Notes: a model not told the origin generated them from the sequence alone. A stretch of DNA of 64,000 nt from Antedon mediterranea (GCF_964355755.1 NC_092674.1:13516001-13580000), one strand, 5' to 3'. Positions 1 through 14,226 are shown, numbered from the stretch's first letter. Numbers and translations are program-made.

Positions 1-3000
1 CTCGCTGCGATGTATTTTTATTAGGTGGGTCAAATTCGATAGAAAAGAAACTTTTTATAGGTAGGTAAATATATGGGCCCTTTGAGAATAAACTTGCAAT
101 ACTTTGACAATACTGTAAATACCTATTAACTATTTTTCATTTGAATCGAACATTTCTTACTGTGAATGTTCGTACTGTTAGATGTAATATAAAAATATAT
201 ACAAATAAACTTTATTACTGAGACTGTGGATAGGCTCTACTGTTAGATATACAAATAAACTTTATACTGACAGTTCCTTCTCAACGTTTGTATTAATTAA
301 TAATTACCAAAAATATAAACGTCGTAGTGGTGTATCGTGACATGTACTTTAATATTTCAATCGATTATGACAGTGACAGTTTTAACAAAAGTATTAAATC
401 GCAAATGTTTTAGGCCTACTGTATTTAGAGGTATATTATTTATAGGCCTATAAAACATGAACAAAATATTTCGTTACTCAGTGGATAAAGAATATATTTA
501 AAAATTGTTCCTCTTTGTACCTATCCGCTTTCCCATCCCTCAACCCTAATGTTACATAGCGAGGAGGCTTCGCATTTTCCTATCTCCTCCTACGATAATT
601 GTTTTTAATAGCTGAAAACCGGTTGAACAGCTAGAGTACACCATCATAATGTTGAAGACAGGCCGATTTTCTTTAAAAAATACTATTTTGATAGATTTAA
701 TATACGATTATACAAATGTATTGATTTGCGATGAATGGAACATCCCAATCTCTCAGTCTGCCAGAGTTTGGTTTAACACAAGTACTGTAGGTAAATTTAT
801 GAGCCCTTGGTTTAACACATACGGTAGGTAAATATATGGGCCCTTTGAGAATAAACTTGCAATAGGTTCGGAAAATGTTAAAAACCAATTTCTATTATTT
901 GAATCGGTAAACAGTTTCCATTTATTATACATTGATAATGAAACATGAAATATTCCTATTTATGTCCCTCGAGGTTCATTACAATTTATATTTAGTAGTC
1001 CCACGGACTTCATCTTAGCCACTCCCCCGAGTGCAAAGGCCAAATTTATGATACCCTACTTTCTATGTAAGTTTAGTTACAGTTAGTTCTTGACGATAAT
1101 ACAACGAATTTAGGTTACACCCTTCGGCCGCGAAAACGTTTCTGTACAAATATGATACCGATTGGCTTTATTTCATTCAACAGCGACCATAATCTCGCCA
1201 ATTACAGGATAGATAAACTATTTTATTATTGATGTGCTTATAAATTAAGACTCATGTAAACAGCTTGATTACATCATTTTACAGACAAACGAAACTTTTT
1301 TAAACCTACTGTTTCAATAACTGAGTATAATACTGTATACGTTTTCATAAGTAAGTGCATATACATTTTCGTGTTTTCATTGACGAGATTGTAATAGTAA
1401 CTTCAGTAACTATTACAGTACTTATTTATTATACGACACAAGACAATTGTATCTCATAGGTACGTACATTATTCTAAAAAATAAGTCTAGATAGATCCCT
1501 TAGGCGTCATAAATCACAGGCCAACAAATCAGTACTCATGACAGAAATTCGACCCAGTTTGGTTCACACAAATGTTTACAGGAATTTCAACACCACAACC
1601 GATGATTTGCCCTAAATATTTAGGTAGACTACAGTTTAATTTTTCACTGAATAGGAGCTTGAATTTCCGATTTCCATTTCGCAGAATGTCTAGGTCTATT
1701 TATTTAGTTTGGTTCTTATAATATATAAATACAATCAACTTTATTACTGCGGTTCCATCACCACCACCACGTGCCGCCCAATTCCCGTACATACATTTCC
1801 ATTTCTCCCGAATTTCTTTAATCCACATGAATTAATTGTCCTTTATGGAATCCAGTATTGGTTTTGTTGTCTCTATTTCTGAATACCCCAATTAGGGGGA
1901 CACTTCCGTTTTTGTTTAGTGTCCCAAAAAAGTCCCCGTCCGTGGATTCTACTGTATTCGAGAACCATCTGTGAGCACCCCTAGATGGTACGCGAGCGAA
2001 GCGAGCGTGCCATCTAGTGTTAACAGTTTGTCTTAAATGAAAGTTAAATTGAATTTGAATTGTGTGTTTATTGTATTAACAATTTTCTCTAGTTTTCGTA
2101 TTAATTTGTTTAAAATAAATCTTATGAGGGTTAGTTTTATAGGAACAATAATACTATTTTGATTTGTTTTGGCCATTAGTGCAATTAAAGCGTAATTAAT
2201 TCAGCAATCGTCATATTCCATTTAGGAATACTACGTCATGTAAATGACTAGAATGTTCTCATGGTTGTATCGCGGCGCTTTTCCACGTATCATTTAATCG
2301 CATCCCGTCCTATTACTATTGAAACCGAATTGAAACAACATGATAAAAAGCTTGTATGTTAGTCACAAAATGCCAAGGTACATTAAACTATTTGTTGTAT
2401 TAATTTAGATACACAAATAAAAATATGAAATCATAAGAAGAAACATTCGGGAATTACATATCGTGATCTTAGAAATTATATTTATGACTAATGTGTCTAT
2501 TTTAATATTTGAAGTAATCTTTTCTTTATATTATGTCATTTGAACAATTGAATAGAACATGAACTCAGTACTTATGGATTTTAACCCACGAAGCCTCTAC
2601 ATTTGCAATTGAACATTTTACCGGCACAAACGAAGAAAATTGAAAAAGTTAACATTTGCTGAAATGTTAGCAAAACAAGCCATGTGTCTTAGAAAAGATA
2701 GTATTAAGGGCTTTTATTTTCTGATGTCATCGGTAGACTTTTAACATTCGGCGGTAAAGTTACTTCCGAGTTCGTTATCACTTTGCGATTTCCTTGTTGC
2801 AACTACAACTTCGCTTTAGTTACAATAAAACACCTGTACAAAACGCGTGAACATGTACATTTGAACGTGGCATGTACATTTGATATACATTTGAGTCAAG
2901 ATAATCCATGTTTCTCTCTTTAAACGTCAAAATGAACTAATTTATATTAATTATACTGTATAATACTATGGTTTGGCTATTTAATATTATTGTGACTCAG

Positions 3001-3074
3001 ACTGTTTAAAACTTAATGAAGAAATGGCTCATAACGTTTAATATTTATTTTATTATATGCTTTAAGTCGTCCTA

Positions 3075-3420
3075 GGCAGCATGGATTTGTCTCTGAGAGA
3101 TCATGTCAAACCAACCTCGCACTGCTTCTTGCTACATCATACGATGCAATTAACAGCAAGAAGCAGTACGATGTGATTTACACTTATTTCTCTAAGGCTT
3201 TTGATTCCGTTTCCCATGATTTGCTTATTTTTAAACTTTCAAAATTTGATTTATCCGGTTCACTTTTAAGTTAGTTTAAACTAACTAACTAACTAACTAA
3301 TAGACAACAGCGTGTTGTCATTGGGGGAGAGACATCTGATTGGCTCCCTGTGTTATCGGGCGTTCCGCAGGGCTCGATCCTGGGACCGCTTTTGTTTAAT
3401 TTATTTATCAACGATCTTCC
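3075..3420 (+). mobile_element. Degenerate CR1/Jockey-group LINE reverse transcriptase fragment
   Basis: Hand translation gives [53 protein letters not shown], with a stop and an (aact)n expansion. Confidence 0.85.
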
Positions 3421-3424
3421 TTTA

Positions 3425-5290
3425 AAATTATATCGTATTAATCCATTCTGATCACTCTTAAGACTTGTTGATACCTAATTGTTTACATAGACTATACCTA
3501 ACTTCAAGTATTATTAAATTAGTATACTAATTATGACCTATCCACGTTCTATCACCATATTAAATAATTTGTCATTGTTTAAAGAAAACATTAATCATGA
3601 TGTTTTTAAAGTGTAATCAGTGCTACTAAGCGCCTTTGATGTTTACATTGGTAGTTAACTACTGCAATACAAATAACTACTTATCAATATAAGTGTATGC
3701 AAGTTACTTTTTGGTAACTTAAAATTAATTTTCATAAACAGGTTGTTAAATGATACTGGTATGTACTTTTGTTTCTAATTTATCCAAAACAATTTTTATT
3801 TAAATTATAAACTTTTAATATTAAATCATTGGACAGTTTGTGTGATATGTGTAATGTACTTCCTAATTAAAAAAAGTATGAAAGCAAACATAACAACAGA
3901 CAATGATACTAGTTTCCCGAAAAATTGTTGAATTAAACTAAAATTTGAACTCAACCATCACCGTGATGATATCGGGATATCCGCGTTAAGCACACAGTGT
4001 AACTAACATCTTGAAATACACTCATACTCTATAAACTGAAAACATGTATAGTGCTGAATTATGTCTATTATGTGTCATATGGTACAGTACTAAGTGCGAA
4101 TAACCAATAAAGTAGTGGTTTTTTTTTTCGTAAAGAAAACAATTCATTTAATTTGATATTTTTCTTGATAGTATAGGCCTAATATTCAATTGTTTGGTGT
4201 ATATCACTGTTATAAGGTAAGCACAACTGTGACATCTATTGTCTATAAACGTCTATAAATTTCAAGTCCTTTATTGTCTGACTTCGTTTTGAATGAAGTT
4301 ATAGGCCTTCAAATTCAAATGTCAAATGAATACTAATATTGGTATCCTTTCTACATGATCTCAAGCTCTTCCGCTAGTCACCTAATCGACCAAAAATATT
4401 GGTATGCATACAGAGAGTCATGTCAGGAATAAACAATGTAAGTCGCTTATTACGAAGATGGACCTATTTCATTATGTAACTGCTGTTGTCACTATGATGT
4501 TATTTACGTACATAATTTGTATAATTAATGTTTATCTATTGTGTAATCAGTTATGTTTTCTGATTGAACTTAACTGATTGTCAGAAACCTTAATGTGTTA
4601 ATATTTACATAAACAATGGTACGAAGACGTAAACTTACTGTGAGCTTCTGCATTTAATATATACTATTAAGAGGCTAATTATGCCTATTTCAAATAACAG
4701 TTCGAAGTAGTTGGATTTTGTTGCTTATGTTCGAAATTGTCTTTTATTTCAAACTCACAAAAACGGGCAATGAAAATTTCGTTATTAAAAACATTATTTA
4801 AAGCTTATTCAGTATAGTTAAATTATTCAATTATTCATTTATTTATATGTGTTGTTCTATTTTTTTTCTTTTTACTTCGTTAGATAAAACATGTTAGTGA
4901 TAAAATGCTAATATTCTAGTTAACATTCTTCATTTAATGATATTCCCACAAATTGCACTGTTTATGTATACTTAAATAGGACGGTAGCTCTTTTCGTATA
5001 TTTGTTGCTGTTAGGATAATAAATATTTCAAATCAAAAACTTTCCAAAAATAGTGTTACACAACAATGACGTGTCATAAAGCAAATCTTCAATTCACAGG
5101 AATTCAGTACATTATTGTTTTATATTATTGTAATTCGATGTTTTCTTCACTTCAATTATTATCCTATTGGAAAAAACGGGTTTAGTCGAGTCAACTTTAG
5201 ATCTGCAAGTGACAGAGAAGCTTTTCTCTTGTCCGATGTCAGGCGGTGATTGAATCTGAGTTAAACGTTTTTAATAAAGCATTTATTAGT
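3425..5290 (+). repeat. Segmental duplication block of the ankyrin cassette (copies at 45218-47090, 62855-64000, partial at 31170-31990)
   Basis: Long collinear near-identical text, e.g. caccgtgatgatatcgggatatccgcgttaa at ~3959, ~45669 and ~63377. Confidence 0.95.
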
Positions 5291-5647
5291 AATACTTTAC
5301 GTCACCCTTCATAGGTATTAAATGTCATTTTAATATGCATTTTCGACTTATAGTATATTCAATATATTTCATTCTTGTGTTTGATTTGTTTAGTCTGTAA
5401 ATCAACAATGTAATTATTATTACTCTGAAAGGGTCTTACGTGACAAGATTTGTTATCTTATATCTTATAGTACTGATCCTATTATGGTTTCTTTATATCA
5501 ATTCTATTTTTATCTTTTTACTATTTGTTTGTCATACTGAGCCATTTATGAAATAAATGTTGTTGAATTAAATTGATTTGAATGAATATTATTATAAATA
5601 GTTTGTCTTGAATGAAGTTTAATTTAATTTGAATTGCATGTTTATTG

Positions 5648-8072
5648 CATGATTACCCACAATGTGTAGGAAGATATGGTAAAGGAAAAACGAACAATAA
5701 TGGAACTCAGCTAGTTGAATGTGCACTAAGAAATAATCTAGTACTAACAAATACAATGTTTAAACATAAGATGTCACATAGGACTACGTGGGAATGCCCG
5801 CAGAGACGCGATCAGCATAACGATCAGAAGAGTGGAGAGGTCAGACGCAACCCCTACAGAAACCAGATCGATTACATTCTAGTTAAGAATTCTCACATGA
5901 AGCTAGTCACTAACGCAAGGGCATACAGTGGTACGAGAACATACACTGATCATAGATTAGTCAAGACAACTTTAACACTACAATGGTATAAATTAAATAG
6001 TAACGCTAAGAAAACCAAACAAATAGATGTGTCAGAACTTCAAGCACAACAAAACAGACAAACATATCAAAGAGAGGTATCGAGATGTATACAATCTCTA
6101 AACATCCAGGACCTGGAACCACAAGAGAAATGGACCAAATTAACGACAGTCTTTCAGAATGTAGCATTGGAAGTGGTTGGTTACAGGAAAGCAAAGTCTA
6201 AATCAAACAATAAATATATACAAGAGTTATCGAAGAAGCAGAAACAGTTGAGGTGCGACATAAATTCATCAAATGACAAATCTAAGAAAACAAAACTTAG
6301 AAAAGAAAGAAATCAAATAATAAAGAATATTCATACTGAACTTAATAAAGAAAAAGAAGACACACTAAAAGAAAAGATAGCTGAAATTGAAAAATTCAAA
6401 GATGACTCAACAAGAATGTACCAAGCAGTAAAAAACCTAAAACTTAACGAAAATAAAAGACTTGTGGTAGAAACAGAGTTCGGTATAACAACAAACGAAG
6501 AAGAGCAGGTAGAAATAATTAGCAATTTCTTTGAAAACGTCTATCACAAATCACAAGAAAAACCTATAAACGAAAACATTAAACCTATTGAAATGAAATC
6601 TCCCTTTACAGGTGATGAAGTTGCCAAAGCAGCGAAATGCTTAAAAAATAATAAAAGCCCAGGAAGTGACCAAGTATACTCTGAAATGGTAAAATATGCA
6701 CATATAGAAGTTTTTAACCACATAGCAGAAATATATAACCAAACAGCTAAAACAGGAAACATACCTAAAGAAATCAACGAAGGCATATTGCATCCAATAC
6801 CGAAACCAGGCAAGAAAAAAGGTCCACCAAAAAACATCCGACCCATCATCCTACTGTCGGTTCTTAGGAAAATGCTAGCAATATGCTTACTAAATAGGAT
6901 AAACGACAGATTAGATGAACATGTCCCTGTAACACAGGCCGCGTATCGCAGAGGACGAAGCACTACCGAACATGTACATACATGCAAAATGTTAGCAGAA
7001 AAGACAATTGCGTCATCTAACTACGAAATAATATTACTACTACTTGACATGACCAGTGCATTTGACACGGTGCGGAGGAATACTCTATTCGACATACTGA
7101 CACATATATTACAAGATGATGAACTACACATGTTGAAAGTTTTGATAAACAATGTAAAATTAAGCGTTCGAATTGGAAAACAGACAGGAAAATTGTTTAC
7201 TACTACACTAGGAGTACCACAAGGTGACTGTATGTCTCCGATACTGTTCACACTATACCTAGCAAAGGCACTCGAATCAGCAAACACAACACCACTACCC
7301 CTACAACAGCTTAATATCCAGATGCAGTATGCAGATGACATCTCATTTATTAGCGACTCAAAAGAACACATAACTAAAATAAAGAAAAATGTAACAGAGA
7401 AATTAGCAGAATTCAATCTAAAGATAAACGAAAGTAAAACAGAAGAATACCTAATAGGAAGAAACACCGATAGTAAATGGGAAGAATGCAAATACCTCGG
7501 TAATAACTTGGACACAGAAAAAGACATTAAAAGAAGAAAATCACTAGCAGCTATGGCATATAACAAGCTGAAGCCGTCGCTAGAACACAAAACGATGTCT
7601 ATAAACGTAAAATCCCGTTTGTTTGACGCATACATAGCAAGTATTTTCCTATATAACAGTGAACTCTGGGTACTAAACAAAAAATTACAAGAGAGTATAG
7701 ATATATATCACAGGAAAATGTTGCGAAAGATGATAGATATTAAATTAACAGATAGAGTGTGTAACACGAAAATATACGAGATAACAAAACAAGAAGAATG
7801 GAGTAAAAGAATTAAACGAAGGAGACTAAAATGGTATGGACACATAATTAGATTACCGGATGATACCCCAATCAAACAAACAATGAAGGAAACTAACAGG
7901 AAAGTAAAACGACCCGTAGGAAGACCAAGAAATAACTGGATGAATCAAATAAAGAAAGACTTACAAGGACTAGTAGACACTAACACAATAACAAACCATC
8001 CTGCCATAAACAGAAAAAAATGGAAACAAATTGTGGAAAGCGTAATGTCGGAAGACGGAAAACGTTAGCAAC
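5648..8072 (+). mobile_element. 5'-truncated RTE-clade non-LTR retrotransposon with open ORF (C-terminal part of APE endonuclease plus RT)
   Basis: 807-codon ORF 5645..8068 with RNQIDYILV and TDHRLV (APE), and AFDTV, GVPQGDCMSP, QYADD, KYLG and RRRLKWYGHIIR..RPVGRPR (RTE-type RT and C-terminus). TSD gtttattg at 5640-5647 and 8073-8080; empty sites in paralogous DNA near 2065 and 24954. Confidence 0.93.
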
Positions 8073-8199
8073 GTTTATTGTATTAACATTTGTCTGTAAT
8101 TGCAGTATGACTTTGTTTAAAATGAATCTTATGAGTGTTTTACAGAAACAATGGTACTTCCTACTAGTAATTTATTTATTTCTTTATTCTGATATAAAA

Positions 8200-8860
8200 T
8201 CAATAGGATAAAAACACAAACAAGTACCGAGACGGCAAACTTATTTCCATTGTGTTCCTAAACAAATATAACAGAATAAACAAGGAAAACCACAATTACT
8301 TAAACATAAAACACAAACAAATAGCAAATTAAATTTCTCTTAATCTAAGAATTTCACAAAAATATCCTTCTGATCTCTGTTTAAATAATTGTAATGAAGA
8401 GGAGCTTTGAACAAAATAGGGGAGTGAATTCCATAACTGAATGCTTGTTATTAAGAAAGTTGACCTGTTGTGAGTTCCTATGACTGGAATTTGGATCGAA
8501 ATGCTGTCTCTAGCAAATCTTGTATTGTGATTGTGACGTTGTCTCGTCAGGGTAATTGTATCCAGGTAAGTTGGAGCACTTTTATTAATTATTTTATACA
8601 TAATACATAGTTTCCTCTCTTGTACTCTTAGGTCAACTGGCAACCAATTTAAGTTTACAAACTCATGTATACCTATATGAGATCGTGGTCCTAGGTTCGA
8701 AATGCACCTAATAATTTTGTTTTGAGACGTCTGTAGCCTATTTTAATATATTTATTTGTACACGAGTACCATACACAGAACCCATAGTCATAATGACATT
8801 GTGTCAGAGAAGATGCAATTAATTTAAGAGCATATTTAGTAATATATTTTTTATTTCTAT
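8200..8860 (-). mobile_element. L2/Crack-type LINE 3' fragment (part left of the Academ insertion)
   Basis: Translates to ..QCHYDYGFCVWY..LQTSQNKIIR..LNWLPV..APTYL..HNHNTR..QLWNSLP..FK; continues in frame across the Academ element at 14227. Left boundary approximate. Confidence 0.8.
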
Positions 8861-10232
8861 TAGGCCATCAGCTGTAGCCTGTATTGTTTCATCCCGTTCC
8901 AGTGGAAATGGCACTACATAATTTCACTTGAAACATATTGTAAATAAAATAGTTAAATAAAATATAAAAGTTCTTTTTACGATATTCTGCAGTTTTTGCG
9001 TAATTTTAATATAAAATTCGGACTATTTTTTTCAAAACCCATTAACAAATTTTCATACGCCGACGTGGTTTTTAGGTCACGTGATTCCATTCAACCAATA
9101 ACAATTAAGATAGTCCGTCACGCTTCATCTACTTTAACCATAACACACTAGCTGTCAACATGGACGAAGCATGCGAGCAGACAAAGAAAAAAAAACGCAA
9201 ACATTCGAAAGAATTTAAGTGTATTATACATTTAGAATCCGTTGTATCAGAAAAGTTAAGCCCGTTTACAAATGTACGGTGGAAAAGTGTAACAGAATGT
9301 GCCAGTAAATGGCAAAAATTGGATGGTTATGACCGTATCCTAGCCGAAGCCTCACGTCATCTATTTGAAGGTAGTTTTGAAGGCCTGCATAATGAAGGGT
9401 TTCACCCAACATGCTACCGACGGTTTATTGACAACACACGAATTGTTAAAGCTGTTAAAAGATGTGAAAATAAGATTTCTAGTTCTAGTAGTGAAAATAG
9501 TAAAGGTAGTAGCGATGAAGACTTGTATCTAACAACAACGAAAAAACTACGATCATCCTCGGTACTGGCCTCGTCCATCACCAGCAGGGGATCCAAGGTC
9601 GTCATCATCTAGGCCTAGGCCTAGTCGCTCAGTCTTACCAGCTGTTTGCATAATTTGCAACAAGGTTGATTGCTACATAACAGTCTATCATAAACGCAAG
9701 AAGGATAAACTGTGTCAAGCAAGCGAGGTAATCGGTGACTCTACTTCTTATCAACAGCGATGGATCATTTCATAGCTGCGCCACACGGCGAACTAGCCTA
9801 GATGCATACTAAATACGGGATCCACTAATCTAGGCTAGGGCTACCAGTTAGACGTGACCAGTGGGTCCTATTTATTTTGTAATTAAAAAGTGGTTGCTTC
9901 ATTCATATATAAACTTCATATCATTATGAATTATATAATTACATGACTAGTTTTATGATTTTTCATAACGCATTATATTGTATGTACATAACAACATGCA
10001 ATCACAAGTTGATTTGTTGACGGCAAAAAACTGTTCGGGAAGTCAGGGTCGCAACGCTAAAAACAGCATTACGATTCTTAGATAGATACTTGTACTTATT
10101 AATATCATTATAATAATTTTAACGCATGGCGTAGTCGTATTTTAATTATTATGTATGGCATAGGCCAAGTTTCATCCATCGCTCTCTCTCGCTCGCGCAA
10201 CGACTATCTAGGCTACAGTAAATCCCTATAAC

Positions 10233-10275
10233 CAAAGATCGTATAGCGCCACTAAGTGGCGCTATACGATCTTTG
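10233..10275. repeat. 43-bp palindromic insertion with 8-bp TSD (P-element-like mini element or footprint)
   Basis: CAAAGATCGTATAGCGCCACT-A-AGTGGCGCTATACGATCTTTG, flanked by cctataac on both sides. Confidence 0.75.
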
Positions 10276-10327
10276 CCTATAACACTCCGACTCTCGGTGG
10301 TTATGTGGTGTGTGTGTGGCACTATTA

Positions 10328-10891
10328 TACCCCTTTCACACCAAAAGCAAAACTCCGGAGACACCCCGGAGTTGACGTCCCGCTGTTTGGTGTGAAAGGT
10401 AAAATCAAGCAACTCCGGAGTTTAAAACTGCGGGGTTGAACAGCTGAACATTCTCCGGAGAGCGAACTGCGGGGACACCCCGGTGTTTTGGTGTGAAAGG
10501 TACCAACATCAAACTCCGGAGTGTTTCGGGTCAAAAGGTTATCCTCGCAATCAATTATTTATTTAGTTTTATTTTAAAACACTATAAATATTTGTAAAAA
10601 ATATATAGCGGGTCTAGAAAATAATAAGTAGTATAAATAAAATATTATATTACTTCTGAAACTTTTGAAAGTAATTATTAAATTTAAAATATTATTAATT
10701 AAAATGATTCTAATGATCGTCGCTATGTAAACAAACAAAATAGAGGGCGACATTTACAATTTTATTTTATAAACCCCGGAGTTGCTAGGTTGGTGTGAAA
10801 GGGGTATCTCCGGAGTTTCTCGACGTTTTGAATGGTCATAAACCCCGGGGTGTCTCCGGAGACACTCCGGAGTTTTGGTGTGAAAGGGGTA
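10328..10891. mobile_element. PIF/Harbinger-like MITE nested in an Academ intron
   Basis: TIR TACCCCTTTCACACCAAAA / TTTTGGTGTGAAAGGGGTA; 3-bp TTA duplication (10325-10327, 10892-10894); internal repeats of ctccggag and ggtgtgaaagg. Confidence 0.8.
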
Positions 10892-13800
10892 TTAGTGCAA
10901 GTAATTCACTTCCCAGAGCTCTGGGCATGCGCAATAGCGTGTCGGATTCCCTAACGGTGGGCAGTTGAGTTCCGGTGCCGGAATCCTAACCACGGCGTTG
11001 ATTGTTTTTAGGTGACCTCGATACGTAATAGCATTACAGTATTTTGCATTACAGTAATAAAAATCCTACAAATATTTCTACTGTTGTGAATTCCCAGTTT
11101 GGGATAATACAGTTTTTAGAATAAAATTTAAATAAATAATGATAAAATGCTGACAGAATTGTTATGCATTAAGTAATTCTTATTTTACTTTATTTGTCTT
11201 TATTTGTATCTTAAGGACTTTTACGCCAAGCTGCAGAAGCTAAAACTGATGAAAATGTGTTGATACACATACGGGACAAGGACTGTGTAGAATTAGAAGT
11301 TCGCTACCATCGTTCTTGCTACAGGCATTATACTAGATTTCTGTCAAGGAGGACAGGTAGTCATAAGTAAGTACTGTACATTATTACCATTTATAGTTGT
11401 GCTATACATAGTATTAAATAAACACCCCAAGTGGACAGCAACCTTATGATCAAGAGACTGTCTCACTACATGACTATTGCATTTTCAAAGTGTATTATCT
11501 ATCTTTTTTTAGAACGGATGCTTCACTAAAACCAGAGTATGATGCATCATATCAAGTTTTCAAGCAAACAGTCATTCAGCGTCTCATAAAAAATCAAGAC
11601 ATTTTAAGGATGCGGAAAGGATGAGAAACAGCATGAAGGGCTTGAAATGATTAATTACAGGTACATATAAATCGAAATACATAATCTAAAGAACAAAAAC
11701 ATAATACAAACAAATTAAAGTTTTAATAAAGCATTTAAATGTCAATGAACAGTATTATTCTATTTTGATTTGAATAATACTGTCCTCATAGTATCCATTA
11801 ATTAGGCATAGTGAAACAATTTTTTAATGTCATTTAATTCCTACTTTAGATCTGATAGACTTAAAGAACGAATGAAGCAAGACTTTCCGCAATTTTGCTT
11901 CCACAAGCCTTATCGTAAAAACCAATGTGAGATGGTATTTACAGAGGAACTTTCAACTGGAAGTGTGTTAGATCGTATTAAGTCATCTGAAGAGGAGTAT
12001 TCAACAACTGGTGAATCTAGCTCTGAAATTGAAATTGAAAGCACCATTCTAGCAATACATCATGACATAAGTCTAGAAAAGGTTAGAACTGTTTTTAATG
12101 CAGGTACAATTGTACACAACGAAATAAAAGATTCACCTGCTATGAGTTGTAATTGGCCTCCAACATCAGACGATATAAATTTGAAGGAAGCAATAAAGAC
12201 GATTCCATTTCACCTTTACAACTTAATTGCATGGTGCGTTGGTGTCACATTTGAACCAAACATGGCAACTTATGTCGATGTATCTCCTGAGACCCATGTT
12301 AAAATTTTATCCATTTGCCAGGACATTGTTTATTTAACATCAAAAGGTAAAAAGCAAACTCCGAAGTCTCTTGGACTTGGATTGACAATACGACACTTGA
12401 CTGGTTCATCCCAAGTGGGGAAAAAAAGCACTGGCACTTGCTTTAGAAAATAAAGAATATATAGAAACCTTTAGAGACATTGGCAGAGAATTTACTCTCA
12501 AGCAGGAGACTATCGACACACTTGAGTCGTTTGTGTGTATGCTCTATGGACAAGCTTCTACGAGTATTAATGACACAAGATACAAAGTTTTCTGTCGGTC
12601 ATCCTCAGCTACAGAACTAAGTCTACCACCAACAAGGGACGCTCTCATCCAGCATTGTAAATGCTGTAATTTTCAGGCTGCAATCCATAGGCGATCATTC
12701 CAACAATGTATCCATGCCCCGTCTTCAGTTGGACATGGATGGCAAATGAAGGACAAACAGCTTGCAATCACATGGATAACAAATCCACCAGCTCCTCAGG
12801 TCCTATTACAGTCAATTCACTGTAGCTGTAAAGTGGGAAATTGTGAAAAAGGAAGATGTTCCTGTTTGAAATCTGGACTACCATGTACAGACTTATGTAA
12901 ATGTAAAAACTGCCAAAACATAAAAACACCCCCTACCGATTCAATGAATGATAATGAAGATTATAATATTTAGTGATGACGAGTCGGATGATGATCTAGA
13001 ATATTATGATCTATGAAGAAAAACAGTTACATTATAAATATTATAAGTATGGGTATATAAAAAAAAGTTTAAAATCTGGGTATGAAGCGTCTCACATACA
13101 CACAGAGCCAAGATATAAGGAGCTTGGACTTGCACAGTGTATGGACTCTAACCTTACGGTTTACATTAAATAGATCATTCCATGTTATCCATTCTAAATA
13201 TCTTATTTTTCAAAACTCTTGCATTCTTCTTACTCATCTCATTCATTTTTGTCTTGGTGAAAAGGGACGGTATTTTATATTCCTCCCCTGAGTTTATAGC
13301 CTCTCTACCCGAACATGAACACAAAAAACGAGCTTTATAGAATAATGACAACTGTCAAAAGTACGTTTTTAATCAATTTTTATCGTCTTTATATTGCCAT
13401 TTTGTTACTTACTTTATATTACTTTTTAAAAATGTAAAACAACGAATGCAAATATGGTTTTAACAACAACAAAATCAATCATTTTATGTATATATAGCAA
13501 ATGTTTTTATTACAACTACTTTCAACGTCTGTTACTGTATCACATTACTGTATAATGAGAATTTAAAAGTTTTGTAGGAAAATGTCAATAGAGGGCGTCA
13601 TCAAATGTATGGAAGGCCACTGCAACCGACCAAAAAAAAATCAAAATTTTCTTTGTTTCTTATTATTTTTCATTTTTTAAAATCACACCAACTGTTTATA
13701 TTTAGTACATAACAATATGTTTATAATGTATATACAATTAACCGATTCGTTCGTTTTTTATATTGCTGTATTCTAGTAATAAGCCAACGGCGGCAGCACC

Positions 13801-14226
13801 GTATCATACAATTTGCCTCGCGACGCCATTTACTCGATGTAAACATTCACGGCAGAAGGTCTAACAACTCGCACTTTTTCAGTTACTGTTATTTTAAGTA
13901 TTTCTACATTTGAAATTTAAAATTTTGGATTTGTGATATACACTGTGTTTGGAATACGTGTTAAAAATTTCAAATGCTAAAGGTATTTATTAATAAAGTT
14001 ACAGCTACCCAAACATGGGCTCAGACCTCAAAATAGGCCCTTTTTATGGTACCATCACGAGTTTAAATCACTCCTGACAAAAAACAGCAGCATATTTTTT
14101 AAAGAAACTTGAACATAACATGTATAAAGGGTTAAATTATCAGTATTTGCTTTCAAAAAATAGTGCCGCCGTTACTGGAACGAAAGTCATTTTCTAGCCA
14201 CTTTTTGAGTTACAGCTGATGGCCTA

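Larger units (their letters stand above)
8861..14226 (+). mobile_element. Academ DNA transposon, internally deleted, with intron-containing transposase remnant
   Basis: 16-bp perfect TIR TAGGCCATCAGCTGTA (8861-8876 / 14211-14226), TAG..CTA termini, 3-bp TSD TAT. Coding pieces: FHPTCYRRF (9160+), CIIC, EVRYHRSCY (11217-11366), TPKSLGLGLTIRHLTGS, LPPTRDALIQH..GHGW, and a C-terminal Cys8 finger CSCKVGNCEKGRCSCLKSGLPCTDLCKCKNCQN. Confidence 0.88.

Noticed and set aside
6006-7680. Minus-strand ORFs of 62-219 aa
   Set aside because: Antisense shadows of the A-rich RTE ORF, with no recognisable motifs.
12533-12973. Host tesmin/CXC-like or metallothionein-like gene
   Set aside because: The Cys cluster is the C-terminus of the Academ transposase and lies inside the TIRs.
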